Both the position numbers and the translations under genes were made by a program. A stretch of DNA of 64,000 nt. It comes from Eledone cirrhosa (taxonomy: Eukaryota). The stretch is from assembly GCA_964016885.1 (NCBI GenBank), contig OZ024747.1:26970001-27034000 (forward strand), written 5' to 3'. Under the pieces are notes generated by a model that was not told where the DNA came from, ran no database searches, and saw only the letters and a list, made by a program, of their open reading frames with translations. This document shows positions 26,722-39,640 of this stretch, piece by piece. Each line of letters begins with the position of its first letter. Positions within the stretch are counted from its first letter, which is position 1.

Positions 26722-28640
26722 CAAAGAGGCATACATGAATGTGAGGGGCACCACGTTGTTGATACTCGAGTCGCCAAAAGTAATGAATAATTTCCCCAAA
26801 TGGGCCTTTTTTATTTAAAATTACATCATAAAAAACAGCACTAAAACGATGGTGAAAGTACTCACTGACATCATTTGCACAGAGATTCCCTATCGGCCTT
26901 GTTTCAACATTTGCAATGTCGTTATTGAGTTTTTCCAAAAATTCCCTCAAGCCTGGCCAAAAGTATTCAGCACATGAAAGAGTGATAAACAAATGGGCAG
27001 AACCGAATTTCTCATCTATGGCATTCAAGTCGGAACACTTGCGTTCCCAAAATGGCTTTGTTCCACGAACATTCGCCATCATCATTGACAAACCACTTTC
27101 TAATTGTTCATCATTGGCTTCCAATCTTTTATAAAATTGAGCAAGTGTCAATTTTGGACTTTTGAGTGATTTCATTACGGCATAAATGCCAGAATCTAGT
27201 GCTCTTTTGTCAGCCTTGTCCAAATTGTAGAGAATGTACTGAATGTCTCTACGAAACCGGGGGTCCTCATGTCTGAGTCTGTTTCTGATGAACATGTATG
27301 GCTTTACTCTACCATGGGGTCTGTTCATGTGCATCATTCCAAATTTTCTTTTAGGGAATAAGTGGGGGAAGCACATCAGATCCAGGTTTGGATCATTGTC
27401 CGGAAGAAGAGTACCTTCAACTCGTTTCATGCGAAACAGTTCAAGGTCCTTTTGATTTGGGAGTGCAGGCTTGATTTGCTGTACAGTATGGTGTTCATAG
27501 ACTGTTTCAGCACCAGTTTGTGTGAGAATGTGTGGAAAATTGATGGAAACATTTTCACCAGTGCATGTAACAATGTCCTCTAAATTTGTGGTTCTGTTTA
27601 TCAAAATGTCATTGTTGTTTTTCAGCCACTCCAAGGCATCAAAGACATTTTGCATATTCACTAGCGATCGCCAAATTGTGCCCTTTTTAGTTGGAAGACT
27701 ATCAACAATTATTTCAAATGCATCATTTTGATTCAATGGAAGTTTTTTCATTACATGATTGATTGTGTTTTCTACTGGTAGTGGCATGTGAGTTGCTATT
27801 CCTTTAATAGCAGCTACTAGATCTGATGGTGCACCTTTGAAACGATAGGGTGACAATTTAATGACATTGATGAAGCATTTGGCCATTTGGATCAAAATCT
27901 GCTCATACATGTTCAACTTTGACAACGCATTTGGAATTTTGACCACTTCTAGGCCATTGATTGAAGCCAATGATGGTATCGACTTTTTGACAAGACTATT
28001 TCTACATGTAGAGCAAATCGTACATGGTAGAGAGTAGTTTTGTTGAATGGTTTCCAGGAGATAGGGATTTGTCAAAGGGCTCCAATCCTCCCAGACTTTG
28101 AGTTTAGCATCTAATTCTCGTTGTTTGCAAATGTCACAGGAGTTGATTTTCATTTTTTGAATCTCTTTATTAAAATGTTTGATAATGGATGCAAAATTGG
28201 CCATGATTGAGGATTCTGAATGCAAGCTCTCATTTTCATTTTCCACTATCTCATTCAAACGGCTTAGCAGATTGTTGGACATGTTTTTGGGATTTACTAG
28301 ATAATCAAACATTGACCAATTTCCTTCCAAGATTGAAATGTCATAGGAGTATAGCCAGACACAGACTGATCTCACTTTGTACACACATCTCAGAAGTGTA
28401 CGGATGCGAGGAGAGTGAGGAGTCATACTTCGAATCAGTTCAAGTCCATTTGTGCAGTCAGACTGTCCTATGCAATAGATGTTGTCCCTATGGAATCCTT
28501 TACACTGCTCAAAGATTTCCATTTTTTTCCGAATTTGGGACACAGTCAAATCAGGTGAAAGTTCATGTATGGCCTTGTGCATTCGTTTAGCTAGCTTTAG
28601 ACGTGCAGTGTCGTCATGTCTCTTTTGATGCCTCTCTTTG
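26722..28640 (-). mobile_element. Helitron/Helentron Rep fragment (Zn finger, DUF6570-like region, N-terminal part of HUH Rep), truncated at both ends
   Basis: Within ORF 26069-28945: CDIC...CSTC, SINGLEVVKIPNALSKLNMYEQILI, ALEWLKNNN, CFPHLFP, DPRFRRD, VRGTKPFW, HLFITLSCAE (motif 1), RLEYQQRGAPHIH (HUH motif 2); motif 3 and Pif1 helicase absent. Confidence 0.88.
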
Positions 28641-28870
28641 CCAGAGCAAAGAGAGGCATCAAAAGAGACATGACGACACGGAAAGAAACAGAGATGGAGA
28701 CAGAAAATTAGAGGGGCACAGATGAAGGAAAAAAGACACAAAAGAAGATATAAAAAGGAGAGGCAAGAGAGAGAGAGAGAGAGGGACAGGGACAGAGAGA
28801 GAAGAGAGTGAGCGAGATGAGAGAGAGGGGACATAGAGAGAGAGACAGGGGCAGAGAGGGAGAGAGGGAC

Positions 28871-28905
<35 letters not shown>

Positions 28906-29002
28906 GGGAGAGAGACATAGTGAGATATATATTTGTGTATTTCATATTGAGGAAAAAGTTTTTCTATGTTAATTTGACTATCTTGTTTATAGAAAAAATG
29001 GA

Positions 29003-32000
29003 TGTAGTGTGGTGTAGTGTGGTGTTGTGTGGTGTTGTGTAGTGTGGTGTGGTGTTGGTGTGGTGTAGTGTGGTGTGGTGTAGTGTGGTGTTGGTGTGGT
29101 GTAGTGTGGTGTGGTGTAGTGTGGTGTTGGTGTAGTGTGGTGTGGTGTAGTGTGGTGTTGGTGTGGTGTAGTGTGGTGTGGTGTGGTGTAGTGTGGTGTT
29201 GGTGGGGTGTGGTGTGGTGTAGTGTGGTGTAGTGTGGTGTAGTGTGGTGTGGTGTAGTGTGGTGTTGGTGTGGTGTAGTGTGGTGTGGTGTAGTGTGGTG
29301 TGGTGTTGCTGTGGTGGAGTGTGGTGTAGTGTGGTGTTGGTGTGGTGTAGTGTGGTGTTGGTGTAGTGTGGTGTGATGTAGTGTGGTGTTGGTGTGGTGT
29401 AGTGTGGTGTGGTGTGGTGTAGTGTGGTGTTGGTGGGGTGTGGTGTGGTGTAGTGTGGTGTAGTGTGGTGTAGTGTGGTGTGGTGTAGTGTGGTGTTGGT
29501 GTGGTGTAGTGTGGTGTGGTGTAGTGTGGTGTAGTGTGGTGTGGTGTGGTGTAGTGTGGTGTTGGTGTGGTGTAGTCTGGTGTGGTGTAGTGTGGTGTAG
29601 TGTGGTGTGGTATAGTGTGGTGTTGGTGTGTGTGGTGTAGTGTGGTGTGGTGTAGTGCTGTGTTGGTGTGGTGTAGTGTGGTGTTGTTGTGGTGTAGTGT
29701 GGTGTGGTGTATTGTGGTGTTGGTGTGGTGTAGTGTGGTGTGGTGTGGTGTAGTGTGGTATTGGTGTGGTGTAGTGTGGTGTGGTGTAGTGTGGTGTTGG
29801 TGTGGTGTAGTGTGGTGTGGTGTAGTGTGGTGTTGGTGTGGTGAAGTGTGGTGTGGTCTAGTGTGGTGTTGGTGTGGTGGAGTGTGGTGTGGTGTAGTGT
29901 GGTGTTGGTGTGGTGTAGTGTGGTGTGGTGTGGTGTGGTGTGGTGTAGTGTGGTGTTGGTGTGATGTAGTGTGGTGTGGTGCTGGTGTGGTGTAGTGTGG
30001 TGTGGTGTGGTGTAGTGTGGTGTTGTGTAGTGTGGTGTGGTGTTGGTGTGGTGTGGTGTGGTGTAGTGTGGTGTTGGTGTGGTGTAGTGTGGTGTGGTGT
30101 AGTGTGGTGTTGGTGTAGTGTGGTGTGGTGTAGTGTGGTGTTGGTGTGGTGTAGTGTGGTGTGGTGTAGTGTGGTGTTGGTGGGGTGTGGTGTGGTGTAG
30201 TGTGGTGTAGTGTGGTGTAGTGTGGTGTGGTGTAGTGTGGTGTTGGTGTGGTATAGTGTGGTGTGGTGTAGTGTGGTGTGGTGTTGGTGTGGTGTAGTGT
30301 GGTGTAGTGTGGTGTTGGTGTGGTGTAGTGTGGTGTGGTGTAGTGTGGTGTTGGTGTAGTGTGGTGTGGTGTAGTGTGGTGTTGGTGTGGTGTAGTGTGG
30401 TGTGGTGTGGTGTAGTGTGGTGTTGGTTTGGTGTGGTGTGGTGTAGTGTGGTGTAGTGTGGTGTGGTGTAATGTGGTGTTGGTGTGGTGTAGTGTGGTGT
30501 AGTGTGGTGTAGTGTGGTGTGGTGTGGTGTAGTGTGGTATTGGTGTGGTGTAGTCTGGTGTGGTGTAGTGTTGTGTGGTGTAGTGTGGTGTGGTATAGTG
30601 TGGTGTTGGTGTGTGTGGTGTAGTGTGGTGTGGTGTAGTGCTGTGTTGGTGTGGTGTAGTGTGGTGTTGTTGTGGTGTAGTGTGGTGTGGTGTATTGTGG
30701 TGTTGGTGTGGTGTAGTGTGGTGTGGTGTGGTCTAGTGTGGTGTTGGTGTGGTGGAGTGTGGTGTGGTGTAGTGTGGTGTTGGTGTGGTGTAGTGTGGTG
30801 TGGTGTGGTGTGGTGTGGTGTAGTGTGGTGTTGGTGTGATGTAGTGTGGTGTGGTGCTGGTGTGGTGTAGTGTGGTGTGGTGTGGTGTAGTGTGGTGTGG
30901 TGTAGTGTGATGTGGTGTAGTGTGGTGTTGGTGTGGTGGAGTGTGGTGTTGGTGTGCTGTAGTGTGGTGTGGTGTAGTGTGGTGCTGGTGTGGTGTAGTG
31001 TGGTGTGGTGCAGTGTGATGTGGTGTGGTGTAGTGTGGTGTTGGTGTGGTGTAGTGTGGTGTGGTGTATTGTGGTGTTGGTGTGGTGTAGTGTGGTGTGG
31101 TGTAGTGTGGTGTTGGTGTGGTGTAGTGTGGTGTGGTGTAGTGTGGTGTTGGTGTGGTGAAGTGTGGTGTGGTGTAGTGTGGTGTTGGTGTGATGTGTGG
31201 TGTGGTGCTGGTGTGGTGTAGTGTGGTGTGGTGTGGTGTAGTGTGGTGTGGTGTAGTGTGGTGTGGTGTAGTGTGGTGCTGGTGTGGTGTAGTGTAGTGT
31301 GGTGTGGTGTAGTGTGATGTGGTGTGGTGTAGTGTGGTGTTGGTGTGGTGTAGTGTGGTGTAGTGTGGTGTTGGTGTGGTGTAGTGTGGTGTGGTGTAGT
31401 GTGGTGTTGGTGTGGTGTAGTGTGGTGTGGTGTAGTGTGGTGTTGGTGTGGTGTAGTGTAGTGCTCGTGTGGTGTAGTGTGGTGCTGGTGTGGTGTGGTG
31501 TAGTGTGATGTGGTGTGGTGTGGTGTAGTGTAGTGTGGTGTGGTGTAGTGTGGTGCTGGTGTGGTGTAGTGTGGTGCGGTGTAGTGTGGTGTGGTGTAGT
31601 GTGGTGTGGTGTAGTGTGGTGTGGTGTGGTGTGGTGCTGGTGTGGTGTAGTGTGGTGTGGTGTAGTGTGGTGTGGTGGTGGTGTAGTGTGGTGTGGTGTA
31701 GTGTGGTGTAGTGGGGTGTAGTGTGGTGTAGTGTGGTGTAGTGTAGTGTGGTGTAGTGTGGTGTAGTGTGGTGTATTGTAGTGTAGTGTGGTGTAGTGTG
31801 GTGTTGGTGTGGTGTAGTGTAGTGTGGTGTAGTGTAGTGTGGTGTTAGTGTCCTGTAGTGTAGTGTGGTGTTGTGTGGTGTAGTGTGGTGTTGGTGTGGT
31901 GTAGTGTGGTGTTTGTGTGGTGTAGTGTGGTGTAGTGTGGTGTAGTGTGATGTAGTGTAGTGTGGTGTAGTGTAGTGCAGTGTGGTGTTGGTGTGGTGCA

Positions 32001-35000
32001 GTGTGGTGTTGGTGTGGTGTAGTGTGGTGTAGTGTAGTGTGGTGTAGTGGTGTGTGGTGTGGTGTAGTTTGGTGTAGTGGGGTGTGGTGTGGTGTAGTGT
32101 GGTGTAGTGTGGTGTAGTGTAGTGTGGTGTAGTGTGGTGTAGTGTGGTGTGGTGTTGGTGTGGTGTGGTGTGGTGTGGTGTAGAGTAGTGTGGTGAAGTG
32201 TGGTGTAGTGTAGTGTGGTGTTGGTGTGGTGTAGTGTGGGGTGGTGTAGTGTGGTGTAGTGTGGTGTGGTGTTTGTGTGGTGTGGTGTTGTGTGGTGTAG
32301 TGTGGTGTTGGTGTGGTGTAGTGTAGTGTGGTGTAGTGTGGTGTGTAGTGTGGTGTTGGTGTGGTGTGGTGTGGTGTGGTGTAGTGTCATGTTGGTGTGG
32401 TGTAGTGTGGTGTGGTGTAGTGTGGTGTAGTGTAGTGTGGTGTTGGTGTGGTGTAGTGTGGTATAGTGTGGTCTGGTGTAGTGTGGTGTTGGTATGGTGT
32501 AGTGTGGTGTAGTGTAGTGTGGTGTAGTGTGGTGTTGTGTAGTGTGGTGTAGTGTAGAGTGGTGTAGTGTGGTGTAGTGTGGTGTAGTGTAGTGTAGTGT
32601 GGTGTTGGTGTGGTGTAGTGTGGTGTTGGTGTGGTGTAGTGTAGTGTGGTGTTGGTGTGGTGTAGTGTGGTGTGGTGTAGTGTGGTGTAGTGTGGTGTGG
32701 TGTGGTGTAGTGTGGTGTAGTGTAGTGTGGTGTAGTGTGGTGTAGTGTGGTGTGGTGTAGTGTGGTGTAGTAGGGTGTAGTGTAGTGTGGTGTTGGTGTG
32801 GTGTAGTGTGGTGTGGTGTTGGTGTGGTGTAGTGTGGTGTAGTGTGGTGTAGTGTAGTGTGGTGTAGTGTGGTGTTGGTGTGGTGTGGTGTGGTGTGGTG
32901 TAGTGTGGTGTTGTGTAGTGTAGTGTAGTGTGGTGTAGTGTGGTGTTGGTGTGGTGTAGTGTGGTTTAGTGTGGTGTAGTGTGGTGTTGGTGTGGTGTAG
33001 TGTGGTGTGGTGTAGTGTGGTGTTGGTGTGTGTGGTGTAGTGTGGTGTGGTGTAGTGCTGTGTTGGTGTGGTGTAGTGTGGTGTTGTTGTGGTGTAGTGT
33101 GGTGTGGTGTATTGTGGTGTTGGTGTGGTGTAGTGTGGTGTGGTGTGGTCTAGTGTGGTGTTGGTGTGGTGGAGTGTGGTGTGGTGTAGTGTGGTGTTGG
33201 TGTGGTGTAGTGTGGTGTGGTGTGGTGTGGTGTGGTGTAGTGTGGTGTTGGTGTGATGTAGTGTGGTGTGGTGCTGGTGTGGTGTAGTGTGGTGTGGTGT
33301 GGTGTAGTGGGGTGTGGTGTAGTGTGATGTGGTGTAGTGTGGTGTTGGTGTGGTGGAGTGTGGTGTTGGTGTGCTGTAGTGTGGTGTGGTGTAGTGTGGT
33401 GCTGGTGTGGTGTAGTGTGGTGTGGTGCAGTGTGATGTGGTGTGGTGTAGTGTGGTGTTGGTGTGGTGTAGTGTGGTGTGGTGTATTGTGGTGTTGGTGT
33501 GGTGTAGTGTGGTGTGGTGTAGTGTGGTGTTGGTGTGGTGTAGTGTGGTGTGGTGTAGTGTGGTGTTGGTGTGGTGAAGTGTGGTGTGGTGTAGTGTGGT
33601 GTTGGTGTGATGTAGTGTGGTGTGGTGCTGGTGTGGTGTAGTGTGGTGTGGTGTGGTGTAGTGTGGTGTGGTGTAGTGTGGTGTGGTGTAGTGTGGTGCT
33701 GGTGTGGTGTAGTGTAGTGTGGTGTGGTGTAGTGTGATGTGGTGTGGTGTAGTGTGGTGTTGGTGTGGTGTAGTGTGGTGTAGTGTGGTGTTGGTGTGGT
33801 GTAGTGTGGTGTGGTGTAGTGTGGTGTTGGTGTGGTGTAGTGTGGTGTGGTGTAGTGTGGTGTTGGTGTGGTGTAGTGTAGTGCTCGTGTGGTGTAGTGT
33901 GGTGCTGGTGTGGTGTGGTGTAGTGTGATGTGGTGTGGTGTGCTGTAGTGTAGTGTGGTGTGGTGTAGTGTGGTGCTGGTGTGGTGTAGTGTGGTGTGGT
34001 GTAGTGTGGTGTGGTGTAGTGTGGTGTGGTGTAGTGTGGTGTGGTGTGGTGTGGTGCTGGTGTGGTGTAGTGTGGTGTGGTGTAGTGTGGTGTGGTGGTG
34101 GTGTAGTGTGGTGTGGTGTAGTGTGGTGTAGTGGGGTGTAGTGTGGTGTAGTGTGGTGTAGTGTAGTGTGGTGTAGTGTGGTGTAGTGTGGTGTATTGTA
34201 GTGTAGTGTGGTGTAGTGTGGTGTTGGTGTGGTGTAGTGTAGTGTGGTGTAGTGTAGTGTGGTGTTAGTGTCCTGTAGTGTAGTGTGGTGTTGTGTGGTG
34301 TAGTGTGGTGTTGGTGTGGTGTAGTGTGGTGTTTGTGTGGTGTAGTGTGGTGTAGTGTGGTGTAGTGTGATGTAGTGTAGTGTGGTGTAGTGTAGTGCAG
34401 TGTGGTGTTGGTGTGGTGCAGTGTGGTGTTGGTGTGGTGTAGTGTGGTGTAGTGTAGTGTGGTGTAGTGGTGTGTGGTGTGGTGTAGTTTGGTGTAGTGG
34501 GGTGTGGTGTGGTGTAGTGTGGTGTAGTGTGGTGTAGTGTAGTGTGGTGTAGTGTGGTGTAGTGTGGTGTGGTGTTGGTGTGGTGTGGTGTAGAGTAGTG
34601 TAGAGTAGTGTGGTGAAGTGTAGTGTGGTGTTGGTGTGGTGTAGTGTGGGGTGGTGTAGTGTGGTGTAGTGTGGTGTGGTGTTTGTGTGGTGTGGTGTTG
34701 TGTGGTGTAGTGTGGTGTTGGTGTGGTGTAGTGTAGTGTGGTGTAGTGTGGTGTGTAGTGTGGTGTTGGTGTGGTGTAGTGTGGTATAGTGTGGTCTGGT
34801 GTAGTGTGGTGTTGGTATGGTGTAGTGTGGTGTAGTGTAGTGTGGTGTAGTGTGGTGTTGTGTAGTGTGGTGTAGTGTAGAGTGGTGTAGTGTGGTGTAG
34901 TGTGGTGTAGTGTAGTGTAGTGTGGTGTTGGTGTGGTGTAGTGTGGTGTTGGTGTGGTGTAGTGTAGTGTGGTGTTGGTGTGGTGTAGTGTGGTGTGGTG

Positions 35001-38000
35001 TAGTGTGGTGTAGTGTGGTGTGGTGTGGTGTAGTGTGGTGTAGTGTAGTGTGGTGTAGTGTGGTGTAGTGTGGTGTGGTGTAGTGTGGTGTAGTAGGGTG
35101 TAGTGTAGTGTGGTGTTGGTGTGGTGTAGTGTGGTGTGGTGTTCGTGTGGTGTAGTGTGGTGTAGTGTGGTGTAGTGTAGTGTGGTGTAGTGTGGTGTTG
35201 GTGTGGTGTGGTGTGGTGTGGTGTAGTGTGGTGTTGTGTAGTGTAGTGTGGTGTAGTGTGGTGTTGGTGTGGTGTAGTGTGGTTTAGTGTGGTGTAGTGT
35301 GGTGTTGGTGTGGTGTAGTGTGGTGTGGTGTAGTGTGGTGTGGTGTAGTGCGGTGTTGGTGTGGTGCTGGTGTGGTGTAGTGTGGTGTGGTGTGGTGTAG
35401 TGTGGTGTGGTGTGGTGTAGTGTGGTGTTGGTGTGGTGTAGTGTGGTGTGGTGTAGTGTGGTGTTGGTGTTGTGTAGTATGGTGTTGGTGTGGTGTAGTG
35501 TGGTGTTGGTGTGGTGTAGTGTGGTGTTGTGTGGTGTAGTGTGGTGTAGTGTGGTGTTGGTGTGGTGTAGTGTGGTGTAGTGTAGTGTGGTGATGGTGTG
35601 GTGTAGTATGGTTTAGTGTGGTTTAGTGTAGTGTGGTGTTGGTGTGGTGTAGTGTGGTGTAGTGTAGTGTGGTGTAGTGTAGTGTAGTGTGGTGTTGGTG
35701 TGGTGTAGTGTGGTGTAGTGTGGTGTTGGTGTAGTGAAGTGTGGTGTTGGTGTGGTTGGTGTAGTGTGGTGTAGTGTGGTGTTGGTGTAGTGTGGTGTAG
35801 TGTAGTGTGGTGTAGTGTGGTGTAGTGTAGTGTGGTGTTGGTGTGGTGTAGAGTAGTGTGGTGAAGTGTGGTGTAGTGTGGTGTAGTGTGGTGTGGTGTA
35901 GTGTGGTGTTGGTGTGGTGTAGTGTGGTGTAGTGTGGTGTTGGTGTGGTGTAGTGTGGTGTGGTGTGGTGTAGTGTAGTGTGGTGTTGGTGTGGTGTGGT
36001 GTGGTGTAGTGTAGTGTGGTGTTGGTGTGGTGTGGTGTGGTGTAGTGTAGTGTGGTGTAGTGTGGTGCTGGTGTGGTGTGGTGTAGTGTGATGTGGTGTG
36101 GTGTGGTGTAGTGTAGTGTGGTGTGGTGTAGTGTGGTGCTGGTGTGGTGTAGTGTGGTGTGGTGTAGTGTGGTGTGGTGTAGTGTGATGTGGTGTAGTGT
36201 AGTGTGGTGTGGTGTGGTGTGGTGCTGGTGTGGTGTAGTGTGGTGTGGTGTAGTGTGGTGTGGTGTAGTGTAGTGTGGTGTGGTGTAGTGTGGTGTGGTG
36301 CTGGTGTGGTGTAGTGTGGTGTGGTGTAGTGTGGTGTGGTGTAGTGGGGTGTAGTGTGGTGTAGTGTGGTGTAGTGTAGTGTGGTGTAGTGTGGTGTAGT
36401 GTGGTGTATTGTAGTGTGGTGTAGTGTGGTGTTGGTGTGGTGTAGTGTAGTGTGGTGTAGTGTAGTGTGGTGTTAGTGTCGTGTAGTGTAGTGTGGTGTT
36501 GTGTGGTGTAATGTGGTGTTGGTGTGGTGTAGTGTGGTGTTTGTGTGGTGTAGTGTGGTGTAATGTAGTGTGGTGTAGTGTGATGTAGTGTGGTGTAGTG
36601 TAGTGCAGTGTGGTGTTGGTGTGGTGCAGTGTGGTGTTGGTCTGGTGTAGTGTGGTGTAGTGTGGTGTAGTGTGGTGTGGTGTAGTGTAGTGTGGTGTAG
36701 TGTGGTGTAGTGTGGTGTAGTGTAGTGTGGTGTAGTGTGGTGTAGTGTAGTGAGGTGTAGTGTGGTGTAGTGTAGTGTAGTGTGGTGTTGGTGTGGTGTA
36801 GTGTGGTGTAGTGTAGTGTTGTGTAGTGGGGTATGGTGTGGTGTGGTTTGGTGTAGTGTAGTGTGGTGTAGTGTAGTGTGGTATTGGTGTGGTGTAGCGT
36901 AGTGTGGTGCAGTGTGGTGTAGTGTGGTGTAGTGTAGTGTGGTGTTGGCATGGTGAAGTGTGGTGTAGTTGAGTGTGGTGTTGGTGTGATGTAGTGGAGT
37001 GTGGTGTTAGTGTGGTGTAGTGTGGTGTAGTGTGGTGTAGTGTAGTGTAGTGTGGTGTAGTGTGGTGTAGTGTGGTGTTGGTGTGGTGTAGAGTATTGTG
37101 GTGAAGTGTGGTGTAGTGTGGTGTTGGTGTTGTGTAGTGTGGTGTGGTGTAGTGTGGTGTGGTGTAGTGTGGTGTAGTGTAGTGTGCTGTAGTGTGGTGT
37201 TGGTGTGGTGTAGTGTGGTGTAGTGTGGTGTAGTGTAGTGTAGTGTTTTGTGGTGTGGTGTAGTGTAGTGTAGTGTGGTGTAGTGTGGTGTTGGTGTGGT
37301 GTAGTGTGGTGTAGTGTGGTGTTGGTGTGGAGTAGTGTGGTGTATTGTGGTGTAGTGTGGTGTGGTGTAGTGGGGTGTCGTGTGGTGCAGTGTGGTGTAG
37401 TGTGGTGTAGTGTGGTGTAGTATGGTGTAGTGTAGTGTGGTGTAGTGTGGTGTTGGTGTGGTGAAGTGCGGTGTAGTATAGTGTGGTGTGGTGTAGTGTG
37501 GTGTAGTGTGGTGTGGTGTAGTGTGGTGAGGTGTAGTGTAGTGTGTTGTAGTGTGGTGTGGTGTAATGTAGTTAGTGTGGTGTAGTGTGGTGCGATGTGA
37601 TGTGGTGTGGTATGGTGTGGTGTAGTGTGGTGTAGTTTGTGTGGTGTGATGTTATGTGGTGTGGTGGGTTGTGGTGTGGTGTAGTGTGGTGCAATATGGT
37701 GTGATGTGATGTGGTGTGGTATGGTGTGGTGTAGTGTTGTGTGGTGTTGGTGTGGTGTGGTGTGGTGTAGTGTAGTGTGGTGTAGTGTGGTGTTGGTGTG
37801 GAGTAGTGTGGTGTATTGTGGTGTAGTGTGGTGTGGTGTAGTGGGGTGTTGTGTGGTGCAGTGTGGTGTAGTGTGGTGTAGTGTGGTGTAGTGTGGTGTA
37901 GTATGGTGTAGTGTAGTGTGGTGTAGTGTGGTGTTGGTGTGGTGAAGTGCGGTGTAGTATAGTGTGGTGTGGTGTAGTGTGGTGTGGTGTAGTGTGGTGT

Positions 38001-38280
38001 GGTGTAGTGTGGTGTGGTGAGGTGTAGTGTAGTGTGTTGTAGTGTGGTGTGGTGTAATGTAGTTAGTGTGGTGTAGTGTGGTGCGATGTGATGTGGTGTG
38101 GTATGGTGTAGTGTGGTGTAGTTTGGTGTGGTGTGATGTGATGTGGTGTGGTGGGTTGTGGTGTGGTGTAGTGTGGTGCAATATGGTGTGATGTGATGTG
38201 GTGTGGTATGGTGTGGTGTAGTGTGGTGTGGTGTAGTGTGGTGTGGTGTAGTGTGGTGTGGTGTAGTGTGGTGTGGTGTG
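29003..38280. repeat. 9.3-kb GTGT(A/G) pentanucleotide satellite with ~2.42-kb higher-order duplication
   Basis: gtgta/gtgtg units with gttggt phase shifts; rare variants recur 2420 bp apart (gtgctcgtg 31461/33881; ttagtgtcctg 31845/34265). Confidence 0.97.
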
Positions 38281-38289
38281 ACTGTGTCC

Positions 38290-38375
38290 CCTACAATCCG
38301 TCAAGTTTTGGACTGTGACAATCTGTCCAAACCATGCCAGTATGGAAAACAGGCATACAATAATTGATAATGATG
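38290..38375 (+). mobile_element. Short degenerate RTE tail
   Basis: gtccaaaccatgccagtatggaaaacaggcat...gataatgatga. Confidence 0.5.
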
Positions 38376-38611
38376 AAACTTTTACAATCTTAAGAGCCAT
38401 TTTTTGGCTAAAAAGAAAATGCAATTGTGACTGAACCACATAATTTATCATATACAAAGATACATACAAAACAATATGAACTTAGCTAACCTTTTTTCTG
38501 ACTCAATGGGAATTTTGGCTTTGAATCTTATCTGAAATTGCTTCTAGGTCATATGTTGTGGTTTTTATTTTAATAGAAAATTGCAGATTTAATAATAAAA
38601 AGAAATAATAA

Positions 38612-38722
38612 TAATTGTTTCTACTATTGGTACAAGGCCAGAAATTACCCAGTCCATTACTGGTACTTTATTTTTATAATAATGGAAAGCATGGCGTCCG
38701 ACCCTCTACTGATACTGCCAAT
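38612..38722 (-). mobile_element. Internally deleted copy of the 8333 SINE
   Basis: aataattgtttctac...acaaggccag and aagcatggcgtccgaccctctactgatactgccaatcc. Confidence 0.75.
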
Positions 38723-39159
38723 CCAATTTTTATAATAATAATAATGATAATTCAGACATGGTGTAGTTAGTCAAGTGTAGTATAACTAAGAGTATTTTTA
38801 GGTGGTACTAGTTAAGTCATCAATTAGAATGTTTAGGTTAAGAGTTTGTCATGTTAGTATTCTTATCAATGCACTCTTGCCTAACCTAGTTTTTATGGTT
38901 GACAAAGGATATAGCCAAATATGTTTGGTCGATTACACAGTAACATTAATACTTTTCATACCAAACCATCTGAAACTGCACCTTGGGATTGTTGATACAA
39001 AGCTCTTTATTTTCAAATATTTATATTTATCTAAAAACCTTCTGTCAGGATTTTATGTAATGCTTTTATTAAGTTATGTTCCAAACACCAGCTTTAATAA
39101 TGAGAAAGTTAGTTATATCACTAAATCTCTCCACATTCAAGTTCAAGTCAGAGACTGCT

Positions 39160-39640
39160 TTCTGTCGAGTTAAGTAAGCTTGGACTCGACAATCTCCCTA
39201 CACCTCTTTGACAGACACTTAGCATAGTCTTCACAAGGAGATCCTTCTGTAATTAGAACAATCTCTTTTGTCTCCTTTTTTGAAAATTGGCATTATCACC
39301 CCCGATCACCATTCCTTAGGTGCCTTTCAATCGAGACAACCCAGCACACACGAGTCAGCCAGAGAATACTTTTTCTATTTAAGGCTTTTAACATTTCAGG
39401 CCAGATTTCAACTTCCCCAACGGCCTTGCCACATTTAAGTTATTTAACTGCTCTTGTGAACTCAGCCTCTGAGAGATTAGTCACGGCTCCCAGGTGCAGC
39501 TCATGTATATCAGAAGATGCTGTTGTGATCGGGTTTAGGAAATCAGCAAAGTATTCTCTCCTCCTCACAAGGATGCACCTCTCTGAAGAGAGGAGAACCC
39601 CAGATGCTTTCCTGATAGCAAATAATAAATTTATTTGTGA
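39160..39640 (-). pseudogene. RTE-clade LINE fragment of a different family (pre-RT region)
   Basis: Minus-strand pieces LKCGKAVGEVEIWPEMLKALNRKSILWLTRVC, IMPIFKKGDKRDCSNYRRISL, YAKCLSKRCREIVESKL. Confidence 0.8.

Noticed and set aside
26069-28945. Full 958-aa ORF as one protein
   Set aside because: The N- and C-terminal (SL)n parts are read-through into GA microsatellites; only ~26722-28640 is Helitron-like
35623-38469. 948-aa His/Thr-rich ORF with an apparent signal peptide
   Set aside because: The body is the CACCA/TACAC satellite strand, and the hydrophobic leader is the antisense of a decayed RTE tail. This shows such leaders can arise by chance.
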